DNA from: an uncultured Acidobacteriaceae bacterium
Lineage (GTDB): Bacteria; Acidobacteriota; Terriglobia; Terriglobales; Acidobacteriaceae
DNA: 64,000 nt
Direction: 5' to 3'
Assembly: GCA_963706645.1 (NCBI GenBank)
Contig: CAVPNR010000018.1
Span: 151,818-215,817, forward strand
Both the position numbers and the translations under genes were made by a program. Below the pieces are notes generated by a model. That model was not told the DNA's origin, did not search any database, and saw only the letters and a list, made by a program, of their open reading frames with translations. Position 1 is the first letter of the stretch; the number at the start of each line of letters is the position of its first letter. Below are positions 11,601 through 19,789 of the stretch, in pieces.

Positions 11601-11854
11601 GAGCCGTGCTCAGGCTGCGCCCCATCATGATGACTATGCTGGTAGCAACTCTAGGACTGCTCCCGGCTGCGATGTCACACGCGATCGGCTCGGACTCGCA
11701 ACGGCCGTTTGCCATTGTGATCGTCGGCGGCTTGATGGCGGCACTCGTCATGAGTATCTTCCTGTTGCCAACACTCTATGTATGGATTGCTCGCGACACC
11801 GATGTGCTCCCGCCGGACGAATCGGGCTTCGCCGAGGGTGAACACGTCGACTAG
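8672..11854 (+). CDS. czcA: CusA/CzcA family heavy-metal efflux RND transporter
   Basis: 1060 aa with 12-TM RND topology. N-terminus 'MIRRVVDFALSNRLLVLGLALVLFVWGIISFHNLPIEAYPDV' and 'GALDFGMVVDGAVVMIENI' are typical of the HME-RND family. Confidence 0.9.
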   Translation: MIRRVVDFALSNRLLVLGLALVLFVWGIISFHNLPIEAYPDVADNYVEIITQWPGISAEQIEQQVTIPLETVMNGIPGVVHLRSFSLFGLSDLKLVFEDGTDNAWNRERVLERLAQVTLPPGVVPQMGTDWSPVGQIYFFTLHSTNPQYDPMELKSLEDWVVEKNLKSVPDIVDVASFGGPTREYQVRLDPNKLIAFGLSLAQVEQQLTNNNTNAGGSFIQEGLQQINVREVGLVDRVHDIEQTVILTKNGTPLRIKDIAVVSQGPKIRLGQFARACRSCPYGPNGAIQRDDGKIIDNDDVVSGIVLLRKGAPADPALKALHEKIKEMNDHILPKGVKIVPFIDRSDLVHFTSHTVLHNLTEGMILVSIVLFLFLGNIRGALIVAATIPFSLLFASICLDLKGVPANLLSLGALDFGMVVDGAVVMIENIVRHMSFSNGTQTATERIAEASHEVQRPVFYAIAIIITAYLPIFTLQRVEGRLFQPMAWTVAFALLGALLFSILIAPVLASFAFAKGAKEWHNPVMHFVIERYRTAVRWAIRHRAITVGVCLVGVLVANYLLFSGAIGSEFLPHLDEGALWVRGTLAPSTGPDEGIRVANQARIVLCSFPEVPQCTSQVGRPDDGTDTTGFFNTEFFVDLKPKEEWRPIFHENKDELIAAMQRELDKIPGALWGFSQPIEDNMEEAVSGVKGELATKIYGLDLKTLETKADEITAVMRKIPGIEDLGVFRVLGQPNLNVTVDREAAARYQINVADVQDAIQTAVGGNALTQVLQQEARYDLVLRYLPQFRDTREAIEKIRLLSPTGERVSLAQLCKIEVADGASEVYREGNERYIAIKYSVRGRDLGSTVEEAIQKVNSQVTLPTGYHLRWEGEYASQKRANARLLIVLPITILIIFIILYTMFKSFKWSMLIMANIAIAPIGGLLALLVTGTNFSVSSGVGFLALFGVSVQTGVIMLEYINQLRVRRFTVEDAAVEGAVLRLRPIMMTMLVATLGLLPAAMSHAIGSDSQRPFAIVIVGGLMAALVMSIFLLPTLYVWIARDTDVLPPDESGFAEGEHVD

Positions 11855-11943
11855 AATGGGGCGTTTCTAACTGGACGACCGATCGTTACTAGAATTCGGG
11901 CTTCCGCTGTATTGGTCCCCAAACAATCTGCTGCCGCGTAAAT

Positions 11944-12026
11944 GGGCCTGTGGTGTGAGGAACACGGCGGACGGCGACCTCGGTCGCCGCCCGCAGTTGC
12001 AAGTTCGAATCTTGCCAGGTCCACCA
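11944..12026 (+). ncRNA. tRNA-like element with no canonical anticodon loop, ending in encoded ACCA
   Basis: Hand fold. The acceptor GGGCCTG/CAGGTCC is 7 bp with a G3:T70 wobble, followed by A then CCA. The T-arm GCAAG-TTCGAAT-CTTGC is perfect. A short D-arm GTGT-GAGGA-ACAC is present. The anticodon arm is replaced by an 11-bp helix (GCGG.CGGCGAC / GTCGCCG.CCGC) capped by the tetraloop CTCG. Confidence 0.4.
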
Positions 12027-12145
12027 CCCTCAGCTGCCAGCGATGGACAGAAATTTTCAGCCACGGATTTCTACGGATTGAAGTGCGGAAGGATCCTAGG
12101 AGGATTTTGATGGGGAAGGAATCCCGGCTTGGCTAGAAGCCAGCA

Positions 12146-12205
12146 GCTAGTAGCTAGTAGCTAGTAGCTCGTAACTCGTAACTCGTAACTCGTAACTCGT
12201 AACTC
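12146..12205. repeat. Heptamer tandem repeats: (gctagta)x3 then (gctcgta/actcgta)x5
   Basis: Read directly: gctagtagctagtagctagtagctcgtaactcgtaactcgtaactcgtaactcgtaactc. Confidence 0.9.
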
Positions 12206-12802
12206 AAAAAAATAAGAGTTCCGAGGTGGTGTGGGGTCCATTCGTCTCGGCCAGTAGCTCGCGTTTGACCCTTGCTCGACCTGCTCTCGCTGCTTCCCTT
12301 GCGGGGAACTGCGCGCGATCTTCGCTTGGGCTCCGGGCTCACCGCCAACCGGATAAACCTACCCTACGCCTCGGAACTCTATCTTGCTCCGACATCTCTT
12401 CTTCGTTCTCCTCAACCAGCGCTTTGCTATAGACCCTCGCTCGCCCTCCGTCCCAACCTCGCGATCAGAACAGTGACTCCGCTTGAGCCCCGGACGCCGC
12501 ACCAACCGGAAAAACTTAAGAAGCTGTCAAAGAACGATCTTGTTGTACTCCTTCTATTTTTTCCGTCAACGAAAAATACGCGCCTGTAAGTACACGTGTT
12601 TTCAATCGAGTGCACGCCGTCCACAAGCCAGTGACCGAAAATAGTGCAGCTACGCAATTGGTTTTCGCGGAAAGCCGCGTCAGACAAAGCTTTTCGCCGC
12701 ATTCATCGGGCGGAGACACTCTTGCAATCGAAGCAAGAGCTTATTTGCAGACTGTGAAAATCGCGCACTTCCCGCGCCCAGCAAGGAATTTGGATTTTGA
12801 TG

Positions 12803-12865
12803 AATGTAGGGACGGCCGCCTTCGACCGTCCGTCGAGCGCAGCTCGACGATCGCAGCTCGGCGAC
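12803..12865 (+). repeat. REP-like palindromic element, family A (core ggacggccgccttcg[ag]ccgtcc + gagcgcagc tail)
   Basis: aatgtagggacggccgccttcgaccgtccgtcgagcgcagctcgac... is homologous to the copies at 19117, 28029, 35486, 58466(-) and 59661(-). Confidence 0.8.
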
Positions 12866-13339
12866 CTAAGCCTCGTTCTTCTTCTTCACCGGCATCACCC
12901 CACTCTTCGCGCCTGCCCCCTTCTTGCCCTTCCCGCTCCCCACAATATCCGCGATGGTTGTATTCTCCAGAATCTTTGCCGCCGCATCCCGCACTGCCAG
13001 GAACACTTCATAAAGTGCCCGGTGATCCGCGTCCTTCGCGATCAGCCCCCGCAATTGCTCCGCGTCGCCCATCGGCGCCAGCGGACCATCCACCAGCCGG
13101 ATAATATCGCTCAGCGGAATCTCCGCGGGATCGCGCCTCAACTGGTATCCGCCTCTCGCTCCGCGAACGCTGTCCACAATGCGCGCGTTTTTCAACTCCA
13201 GCAGAATCAGTTCCAGAAACTTCTCCGGCAAATCGCTTTCCGCCGCAATATCCCGGATCTTGATCGCGCCCTGATTGTGCCGCTTCGCCAGCGTCATCAT
13301 CGCCTGCAGCGCGTACAGTCCTTTTTGCGAGATCTTCAA
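12866..13339 (-). CDS. Rrf2 family transcriptional regulator (no Cys, so probably not an Fe-S type)
   Basis: 157 aa. 'MKISQKGLYALQAMMTLA...IRDIAAESDLPEKFLELILLELKNARIVDSVRGARGGYQL' is the Rrf2 winged-helix signature. Lys-rich tail. Confidence 0.85.
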   Translation of the reverse strand: MKISQKGLYALQAMMTLAKRHNQGAIKIRDIAAESDLPEKFLELILLELKNARIVDSVRGARGGYQLRRDPAEIPLSDIIRLVDGPLAPMGDAEQLRGLIAKDADHRALYEVFLAVRDAAAKILENTTIADIVGSGKGKKGAGAKSGVMPVKKKNEA

Positions 13340-13573
13340 AGTAGCCTGCCTCCCCCATCCCGCCCTGATTGTGCCCCATTTCGCCCCGGTTGCCTAGCCT
13401 CTTCGCAGTGCCGCTTATGGCATGGTATGGCATAGCGGATCGACCACGGCCGTGTATGGCATGACGGTTCGGATGTAGGCCTTGAAGTTTTGACTGAAGA
13501 ACTAGCTTTTGGGTGGCGCAGCGCTTTGAGCGCTCCGATCAAGCGTTGCGTTTCTGTTAGGGCCTTAGCCACC

Positions 13574-13665
13574 GTGGCTGAATGTTCTGGTGGCTGATTT
13601 CTCTGTGGCTGATTGTTCTCGGGCTGAATGTTGTCGGGCTGAATGTTGTCGGGCTGAATGTTCCG
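13574..13665. repeat. Tandem repeat, about 6 copies of a 15-16-nt unit (g[tg]ggctgaatgtt[gc]t[cg])
   Basis: Read directly. The last three units, gggctgaatgttgtc/gggctgaatgttgtc/gggctgaatgttccg, are near-identical. Confidence 0.85.
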
Positions 13666-13755
13666 TGGAAGTGCGGCCCTTCAGGGCCGCGTTAAGCACG
13701 TGGAATGAAGTGGGCTTCAGCCCCTGTGGTCGCCTCTATCCCGCGATGTCCGCAT

Positions 13756-14967
13756 TCAGATCACGGCTACATCGAGAAACTTGTGGCTGTCCACCGGCAC
13801 GCTACATAAGCATTGCTCATAAGCTTCGTACATACCCTCGAAGATTCGATCCCACGAAGTTTCCAGCGCCTGCTTCCGGGCAGCCGCGCGCATCGCCACC
13901 AGCAACTCAGGCTGTTCCATCAGCCTCGCCGTGTAAGTCACAAACTCATCGAAGCTGCGCGCAACGAACCCCGAACACTCATGCCGCACCGTAAACTGAG
14001 GTCCACCCTCATCGGTCACCACCGCCGGCACTCCCGATGCAAACGCCTCCAGCACCACCAGTCCAAATGTGTCAGTCTCCGACGGAAACGCCAGCACATC
14101 AAAATTCGCGAAGGTCCGCGACAATTCCGCGCCTCGGAGCACGCCCGTCAACTCAACCCGCTGCATATTGTTTCGCAGCCATTCCGATTCCGCGCCTTCG
14201 CCCACAATCACAAACTCGAAATCGCGATAGCCCTTCGCGAGCAGCGCCTGCTCCAGTCGCGCCAGCACGCGCACGCTCTTCTCCGTCGTGAGCCTCCCCA
14301 CATATCCAATGCGAAATGTCCCATCGGTCCGGTCGCGCAGTTCCGGACTGAAAACCTCCGTGTCCACGGCGTGCGACATCAGGTAGCAGGGCTTCCCCGT
14401 CGCCGCCTCCAGCACGCGGATCATCTCCTGGTTCGGCGCAAACAACAGCCGCGGAATGTGATAGAACCGCGCCGACGCCCGGAAACTCAGCCCCTCCGCC
14501 ACATCGGCAATTTTGCCCGCAATATCCTGCGGCAGAAACGACACCGCAGCCGCCATCCTTCTTCGCGCATATTGATGAAGATTGGTTTGCCACGACGCCG
14601 CCAGCGGAATCCCCATCTTGTGCGCGACGTACGCTCCCAACGTGCCCACATCGCTCGGCCCCGTGATCTGCACTACCTCCGGACGGAACTCGCGCAACAT
14701 CGGTTCCAGTTTCCGGTAATGTCTCAGGAAAAGAAGATCGTAGTCGTGCGCTCGGTCGAGTGGAAATTTCACCGGACTGCGGGGCAATTGCACGCGCGTC
14801 ACTGGGCCCGCCGCTGTGACCTCATCGTACGGCCCGGCATGCACCATCAAAAACGGTAACGCCTGCCGCTTCGCAAACGCTTCGAAGTGACGGCTGGTTT
14901 GGGCCACGCCGTCTACCTCGTGGTACACGCAAGGAAAAAACGCGACCCGTGGACTGCCCTTCTTCAC
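13756..14967 (-). CDS. Glycosyltransferase family 4 (GT-B, GT1/GT4 type)
   Basis: It has the EX7E block 'ETDTFGLVVLEAFASGVPAV' and 'GYVGRLTTEKSV'. A GTG start at 14967 overlaps the upstream stop (GTGA), so it is preferred over the longer track ORF reaching 15159. Confidence 0.8.
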   Translation of the reverse strand: MKKGSPRVAFFPCVYHEVDGVAQTSRHFEAFAKRQALPFLMVHAGPYDEVTAAGPVTRVQLPRSPVKFPLDRAHDYDLLFLRHYRKLEPMLREFRPEVVQITGPSDVGTLGAYVAHKMGIPLAASWQTNLHQYARRRMAAAVSFLPQDIAGKIADVAEGLSFRASARFYHIPRLLFAPNQEMIRVLEAATGKPCYLMSHAVDTEVFSPELRDRTDGTFRIGYVGRLTTEKSVRVLARLEQALLAKGYRDFEFVIVGEGAESEWLRNNMQRVELTGVLRGAELSRTFANFDVLAFPSETDTFGLVVLEAFASGVPAVVTDEGGPQFTVRHECSGFVARSFDEFVTYTARLMEQPELLVAMRAAARKQALETSWDRIFEGMYEAYEQCLCSVPVDSHKFLDVAVI

Positions 14968-16169
14968 GTAAGCGCCTCGGACGAAACAGCATCTGCAGAA
15001 ACGGCCTCTGCCGGAAGAATCGCTTCCGCAGTCTCCTGCGGAAAGTCTGGAATGACCCCGCGCCTGAAAACGCGCTCCATCGCGCGTTGCACAGTCGCAT
15101 TCTCGAGCAGTCGAATGCCCCCAAGGATCTGCTCCACAAATTTCGGTGGCGCTTTCCAAAGCGCCGAAATCGGCTGGTCCGGCCCGCCATTCTGGTCGGG
15201 ATGGAAAATGCGCTCATCCCAGCGCTGCGATCCGATCGGATAATCCGGATAGTGGCGAATTACATCCAGCAGAGTCCGCGTCGTCCTTACACTCACCGGC
15301 TCGGTGTACTGCGGCATCAACAGCACGTGACTGCGCTGCTCGATTCGGATTTCACTCACGAACTCGCAGAAAGTTTCTGCTCCCGTCAGATTCAGCGCGC
15401 CACTGGCCTCGCATCCGTGCCGGTCTCCGCCGGAAACCAGCGGCCGCTGCCACTGCTCAGCGAGTTTACGCACGAGATTGTTTTCCTTAGTACTGCGCGT
15501 GGCATTGATTTCGAAGGCATGCAGAAACTGCACCGCGCGCCTCAAGAACCGCTCCAGAGCCTTGTCGTCCCGGTACACTCCCACGCAAGTCTGCGTCCAC
15601 AGCGGATGGTTAAACACCACCAGGACATCTGGGTACGCATCCAGCATCGCCAGCAATTCCACCAGGCGTGCCTCGTTTGGATTCCGCGTGTATGCCGCCA
15701 GTTCGCCAACGATCGACTGCGCTTGCTCGGACGGCAGATTGTGCACGCCAAGGTGGAAGATGGTTCCCGCGTAGGGAACACTCCATTCCAGCGAGATCGG
15801 CGTCTCCGCCGTTTCCCGCGCGGTTCGCAACAACAGCGGCGCCTCGATCGTGTCGTGATCCGTCAGCGAGATCAGGCTCTTGAGTCCAACCGTATTCTCG
15901 ATTTGATCTTTTTCCGTCTCGTAAGCGCGTCTTGGCGACAGCGGCGGAGTCCAGTAGGCCCGCGCAAAATCCACCGGGAACCGTGACTTGCGGCACTGCT
16001 TTTCCAGTGCCTCATGCAGCATCGGGCCCTTGCGGGCCAGTTCCGGGATCAGTTGAAGGCTTTCCTTCGATCGATTCGTGTGACCGTGAAGTGAAACCGC
16101 GGCCTGTGTATCCCGGCCAAGGTCCGGTCCATGCCAGAAGCAAGAGAGTTTTGTTTCGGCCATTCTCAA
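14964..16169 (-). CDS. PHP-like metal-dependent phosphoesterase family protein (tentative)
   Basis: 401 aa with the ordered blocks 'LHGHT' (HxH), 'LTDHD', 'HLGVH', 'FNHP' and 'GGDRHG' (DxH), reminiscent of the PHP motif order. Translationally coupled to the GT4 gene. Confidence 0.45.
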   Translation of the reverse strand: MRMAETKLSCFWHGPDLGRDTQAAVSLHGHTNRSKESLQLIPELARKGPMLHEALEKQCRKSRFPVDFARAYWTPPLSPRRAYETEKDQIENTVGLKSLISLTDHDTIEAPLLLRTARETAETPISLEWSVPYAGTIFHLGVHNLPSEQAQSIVGELAAYTRNPNEARLVELLAMLDAYPDVLVVFNHPLWTQTCVGVYRDDKALERFLRRAVQFLHAFEINATRSTKENNLVRKLAEQWQRPLVSGGDRHGCEASGALNLTGAETFCEFVSEIRIEQRSHVLLMPQYTEPVSVRTTRTLLDVIRHYPDYPIGSQRWDERIFHPDQNGGPDQPISALWKAPPKFVEQILGGIRLLENATVQRAMERVFRRGVIPDFPQETAEAILPAEAVSADAVSSEALT

Positions 16170-16337
16170 TTGTGGTTACGGGGTTCCTAATTCTAGCCTA
16201 GGACTACTTGATTAGCGACCATTCTTTCGGCAGCTGTTCCTGAACTAGTTAGATGCGTGCATCCATCTCTTTTCAGGGTAACTGCCCCGCAAAATCTTCG
16301 GGGATCAAACTCACCAACCACCGCTTACGCCAGTAAC

Positions 16338-16365
16338 TTGGCTGCCCAACTTTCTGTGCTATACT
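16338..16365 (+). promoter_or_regulatory. Candidate sigma70-type promoter for the DEAD-box helicase (TTGGCT-16 nt-TATACT)
   Basis: Read directly. It would give a 5' UTR of about 190 nt. Confidence 0.3.
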
Positions 16366-16558
16366 GTCGTTGACGCTTTTTCCACGGTTTGCTCGTGACG
16401 CGGTGGTCCCCCGTTGGACCAGATTCATCTCCGCCTTTCCTGCCCGCCGTTTAGTTCCAGCGTGAATTCAAAACAATGTGAGCGGCATGGAAGCTTCACG
16501 TGTATCCAGTCACTGAACGTGTATATCGACAGGCCCCTCCAGAAAGAACCAATCTAGA

Positions 16559-17755
16559 ATGACCACATTTACCGAACTGCCCTTGTCTTCGGCTCTCCAG
16601 CAGAAGCTCGCGGCAGCCCAATTCATCACCTTAACCCCCATCCAGGAGCGCGCCATCCAGCCTGCTCTCGATGGCAAGGACGTCATCGGCACCGCCCAGA
16701 CCGGCACCGGCAAGACCCTCGCATTTCTGATCCCCGTGATCGAAATGCTTCGCAAAGAGCCGGTGGGTCAGGCGAACGCTCTGGTTCTGTTGCCGACTCG
16801 TGAACTTGCGATGCAGGTCCACGAACAGTACGAACAATTGCGCACCAAGAACATGCCCAAGGCCGCGCTCGTCATCGGCGGCGTCTCCGAGAAAGCTCAG
16901 ATCCAGGGCCTGCGCGCCGGTTCCTCGCTCATCATCGCGACTCCCGGACGCCTGCAGGATCTCACCGACCGCCGCTTCGCCGACCTGCGCCACATCAAGG
17001 TGCTCGTGCTCGATGAAGCCGATCGCATGCTCGATATGGGATTCCTCCCCGCCATCCGCCGGATTCTGGCGGTGCTGCCCAAAAACCGTCAGACGCTCTG
17101 CTTCTCGGCCACTCTCGAGCAGTCCGTCGCCGGACTCGTGCATGAATATATGCGCGATCCCGTGCGCGTCGCCTTGGGCTCGGTCCTGAAGCCCGCCGAA
17201 AGCGTGGAACTCAAGGCGTACGAAGTTCGTCCCGGCGAAAAGATCGATGTTCTCCGCCAGCTTCTCTACAACGAAAAAGGACAGACGCTCATCTTTACCC
17301 GCACCAAACGCGGCGCCCAGCGCCTCGCCCAGGACCTTGCCCGCGACGGCTTCACCGCCACCATGATTCACGGCGATCGCTCGCAGTCGCAGCGCAACGG
17401 CGCCCTCAGCGGATTCCAGGAAGGCCGCTTCCAGGTGCTCGTCGCCACCGACATCGCGTCCCGCGGATTGCATTGTGATGACGTCGCCCACGTCATCAAC
17501 TATGACGTCCCCAAAATCGCCGAAGACTTCATCCACCGCGTCGGCCGTACCGGACGCGCCGGCTCTACCGGCCGCGCAACCACGCTGGCTGCTGGTGTCG
17601 AAGTCGTCGAACTCCGCAACATCGAGCGCACCTTAAAACTGCGCATCGAACGCATGCAGATGGATCAGTCCGGCGCAACTCAACCGCGCCGTTCCGTCCA
17701 GAACACGCTGGCGTCACGCACGCTGACAGCGCTACCTGGCGAAGTTTTCGTCTAA
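16559..17755 (+). CDS. DEAD-box ATP-dependent RNA helicase (RhlE-like)
   Basis: Q-motif region, 'AQTGTGKT', 'PTRELA', 'DEAD', 'SAT' and 'HRVGRTGRAG' are all present in order. Confidence 0.95.
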   Translation: MTTFTELPLSSALQQKLAAAQFITLTPIQERAIQPALDGKDVIGTAQTGTGKTLAFLIPVIEMLRKEPVGQANALVLLPTRELAMQVHEQYEQLRTKNMPKAALVIGGVSEKAQIQGLRAGSSLIIATPGRLQDLTDRRFADLRHIKVLVLDEADRMLDMGFLPAIRRILAVLPKNRQTLCFSATLEQSVAGLVHEYMRDPVRVALGSVLKPAESVELKAYEVRPGEKIDVLRQLLYNEKGQTLIFTRTKRGAQRLAQDLARDGFTATMIHGDRSQSQRNGALSGFQEGRFQVLVATDIASRGLHCDDVAHVINYDVPKIAEDFIHRVGRTGRAGSTGRATTLAAGVEVVELRNIERTLKLRIERMQMDQSGATQPRRSVQNTLASRTLTALPGEVFV

Positions 17756-17787
17756 CGCGTTTCTTGTTAAATCAAGGGAAAGTGGGT

Positions 17788-17822
17788 GCCCCATTTCTCG
17801 CGCTTTTCGCGAGAAGTGGGGC
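17788..17822. repeat. REP-like palindrome, family B (gccccatttctcgcg-N4-cgcgagaagtggggc)
   Basis: Read directly. Related copies lie at 24454, 43441 and 41056 (variant). Confidence 0.8.
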
Positions 17823-17839
17823 TTCTCCCTTTTGAGCTG

Positions 17840-18082
17840 CTACCGCCCGATTTTGGGACTCGGGATAAACGTATGCTCCGGCTCGGCTTCGTCCTCAGTG
17901 CCGATGCGGAACAACGCCGCCTGCGCCTCGGCAAGCTCCCGCAGTTCCTGCATCTCATCGACAATCGCGCCTTCCGGCTTGTCCTGCTTGCGCTGAACCC
18001 TGCGCTCGGCCTTGTCGCGCTGTTTCTGTTGGCGCGTCTGTTCCTTCTGGCGTTTAGTAAAAGTTGATCGTCCTCGTGGCAT
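17840..18082 (-). CDS. Hypothetical small highly basic protein
   Basis: 80 aa with ATG start: MPRGRSTFTKRQKEQTRQQKQRDKAERRVQRKQDK... followed by an acidic C-terminal half. It sits directly upstream of the RRM gene on the same strand. Confidence 0.4.
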   Translation of the reverse strand: MPRGRSTFTKRQKEQTRQQKQRDKAERRVQRKQDKPEGAIVDEMQELRELAEAQAALFRIGTEDEAEPEHTFIPSPKIGR

Positions 18083-18167
18083 TCACAATCCCTCCTTGAT
18101 GTTATGGCTTGCAGTGCCGGCCCTCACCACTCGCGAGTCCGGCGACGAACAGAAACCAACAACAAAC

Positions 18168-18536
18168 CTACCAGCGTGGTTCGCGCGGCTGGCGTGCGTG
18201 TCCCTGGTAGTCATCGCGCCCGCGTCCCCCACCACCGCCTCCCCCGCCAAATCGCTTCCCGCCACCGCCACCACCGCCCCGCGGTTTGTCCGTCTTCGGC
18301 TGCGCTTCGTTGATCTTCAACGCGCGCCCGCCTAGCTCCGTTCCGTTCAATGCCGCGATGGCCTTATCCGCCTCGGGCGCATTCGTCATCTCTACGAACC
18401 CAAAACCTCGGGCGCGCCCTGTCTCGCGGTCGGTCACGATGCTGACTTTTTCCACGGCACCGTGAGCCTCGAACACCGTTCGCAGCTCCGACTCAGTTGT
18501 GCTATGGGGCAAATTCCCTACGTAAATATTCTTCAT
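18168..18536 (-). CDS. RRM-type RNA-binding protein with Gly-rich tail
   Basis: RNP2 'IYVGNL' and RNP1 'RGFGFVEM', with a GGGGGGGKRFGGGGGGGGRG tail. Confidence 0.9.
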   Translation of the reverse strand: MKNIYVGNLPHSTTESELRTVFEAHGAVEKVSIVTDRETGRARGFGFVEMTNAPEADKAIAALNGTELGGRALKINEAQPKTDKPRGGGGGGGKRFGGGGGGGGRGRDDYQGHARQPREPRW

Positions 18537-18594
18537 TGCTTTCCTCTCTCAGTAGCTCAAAAACTCGGGAAACCCTCTTGCGATCGGCAGGTCG

Positions 18595-18744
18595 CTAGGC
18601 CTTGACTGGCTTCGGTGCAGCCGCTGCCTCCGGCTTGCCCTGAGCCACCAGGCTCTTCAGCAGCTCACGATTCCGCATTCGCTTTGCGGCGTTCTGCCTT
18701 CGCACTCGGTTAAATCTCGACTTGTCGCCATTGACTCTGGACAT
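18595..18744 (-). CDS. Hypothetical 49-aa basic protein (below the ORF-track cutoff)
   Basis: Own translation: MSRVNGDKSRFNRVRRQNAAKRMRNRELLKSLVAQGKPEAAAAPKPVKA*. It has an ATG start and lies 58 nt upstream of the RRM gene on the same strand. Confidence 0.35.
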   Translation of the reverse strand: MSRVNGDKSRFNRVRRQNAAKRMRNRELLKSLVAQGKPEAAAAPKPVKA

Positions 18745-19116
18745 AATGCGCTCCTGTCATTCGGGCAGGTTCAACTGATGAACCGTTTCTCTTGTTGGAC
18801 TACCGTGGGACTGCTGGCGACTGCGTCCGCAACGAGCCTGCAGCGCTTCGTCACAACGCACCTTCTCTGGACGGAGCAGTTGCGTCCTGCTCCGGTCAAA
18901 GTGAATTGTTAGGGACGCTTCCCTGGCACAGAAAAGGCGCCTCTCGATCTCTCAATCGCGAAGGCGCAAATAGGGCCATGGGTCTTCGAGGTTAAGTATC
19001 TCAAGTATACCCTGTTTACCCCAATCCCGCTGCGAGACAAAAATCCTAGAACGATAGATGCGAGGGTAGGGATGAAGGCAGATGAAGCCACAAGCATCGA
19101 AGATAACAGAAGCCAG

Positions 19117-19165
19117 ATGTCGGGACAGCCGCCTTCGGCTGTCCGACCGAGCGAAGCTCGGCCAG
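19117..19165 (+). repeat. REP-like element, family A variant
   Basis: gatgtcgggacagccgccttcggctgtccgaccgagcgaagctcggcc. Confidence 0.75.
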
Positions 19166-19195
19166 CTCTTTGCCGCCCGCCCAGTCTCATTCCCC

Positions 19196-19224
19196 TTGCT
19201 AATCCCGCACAATCCAAGTACTAT
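19196..19224 (+). promoter_or_regulatory. Candidate promoter of csp (TTGCTA-17 nt-TACTAT)
   Basis: Read directly. It would give a 5' UTR of about 115 nt, in line with the long leaders of cold-shock genes. Confidence 0.35.
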
Positions 19225-19346
19225 AAACAAGTACGTTGTCCGAATCGGACGTGAGCAGTTCTTGCCTCAACAGCCAGTAACCTCTCGCAGTACCTCCGAA
19301 TCTCTCCAGCGTAAAATCGATTCACATTAAAGGAACACCTAACACC

Positions 19347-19550
19347 ATGGCAGAACAAGGAACAGTAAAGTGGTTTAACGACGCCAAGGGCTACGGCTTC
19401 ATCAGCCGTCAGTCGGGCGAAGACGTTTTCGTGCATTTCTCGGCGATTCAAGCAGGCGGCTTCCGCAGCCTGCAAGAGGGCCAAACCGTGCAGTTCGACG
19501 TGACCAAGGGCCCCAAGGGCTGGCAAGCTGAGAACGTCCAGCCGCTGTAG
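19347..19550 (+). CDS. cspA: Cold-shock protein, CspA family
   Basis: 67 aa: '[17 protein letters not shown]...DVFVHFSAI'. The RNP1/RNP2 motifs of the CSD are present. Confidence 0.95.
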   Translation: MAEQGTVKWFNDAKGYGFISRQSGEDVFVHFSAIQAGGFRSLQEGQTVQFDVTKGPKGWQAENVQPL

Positions 19551-19570
19551 ACCATCCCCTTATTGCAAAA

Positions 19571-19598
19571 AGGCGATCTCGCAAGAGATCGCCTTTTT
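19571..19598 (+). terminator. Rho-independent terminator after csp
   Basis: aggcgatctc-gcaa-gagatcgcct is a 10-bp stem with a tetraloop, followed by tttt and preceded by aaaa (potentially bidirectional). Confidence 0.85.
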
Positions 19599-19700
19599 CA
19601 CGTTTACACCAAATCTTCTTACCATTGTCATCCCGACCGAAGCGCAGCAAGCGTAGTGGAGGGACCTCGCGTTCCCCGCCGCAGGAATTGTTAGATTGCA

Positions 19701-19771
19701 GATTTTTGATTGTTGATTGAAAACCCTTCCGGTTCGCGCAAGGGGTTCAATCAACAATCAGCATCAAAAAT
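19701..19771. repeat. Long imperfect palindrome (tgattgttgattgaa...ttcaatcaacaatca)
   Basis: Perfect 15-bp arms plus a GC clamp (aaccc/ggggt) around a 15-nt loop, flanked by gatttttga/tcaaaaatc. Located next to tRNA-Leu. Confidence 0.75.
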
Positions 19772-19789
19772 CAACAGTTTCTTTAAGCT

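Noticed and set aside
11944-12026. Canonical tRNA, tRNA-Sec or full tmRNA at the tRNA-like element
   Set aside because: No 7-nt anticodon loop can be drawn. There is no TCA anticodon or 8/5 acceptor/T-stem geometry for Sec. A roughly 350-nt tmRNA cannot fit, because czcA coding sequence ends only 90 nt upstream. It is kept only as a tRNA-like element.
16631-17536. 301-aa antisense ORF inside the DEAD-box helicase gene, and similar cases (13813..14859, 14949..15986, 29967..30821, 43930..44898, 49374..50078, 54263..55240)
   Set aside because: The same reasoning applies. Each overlaps a motif-supported gene on the other strand or frame and has a low-complexity Arg/Pro/His-rich composition.
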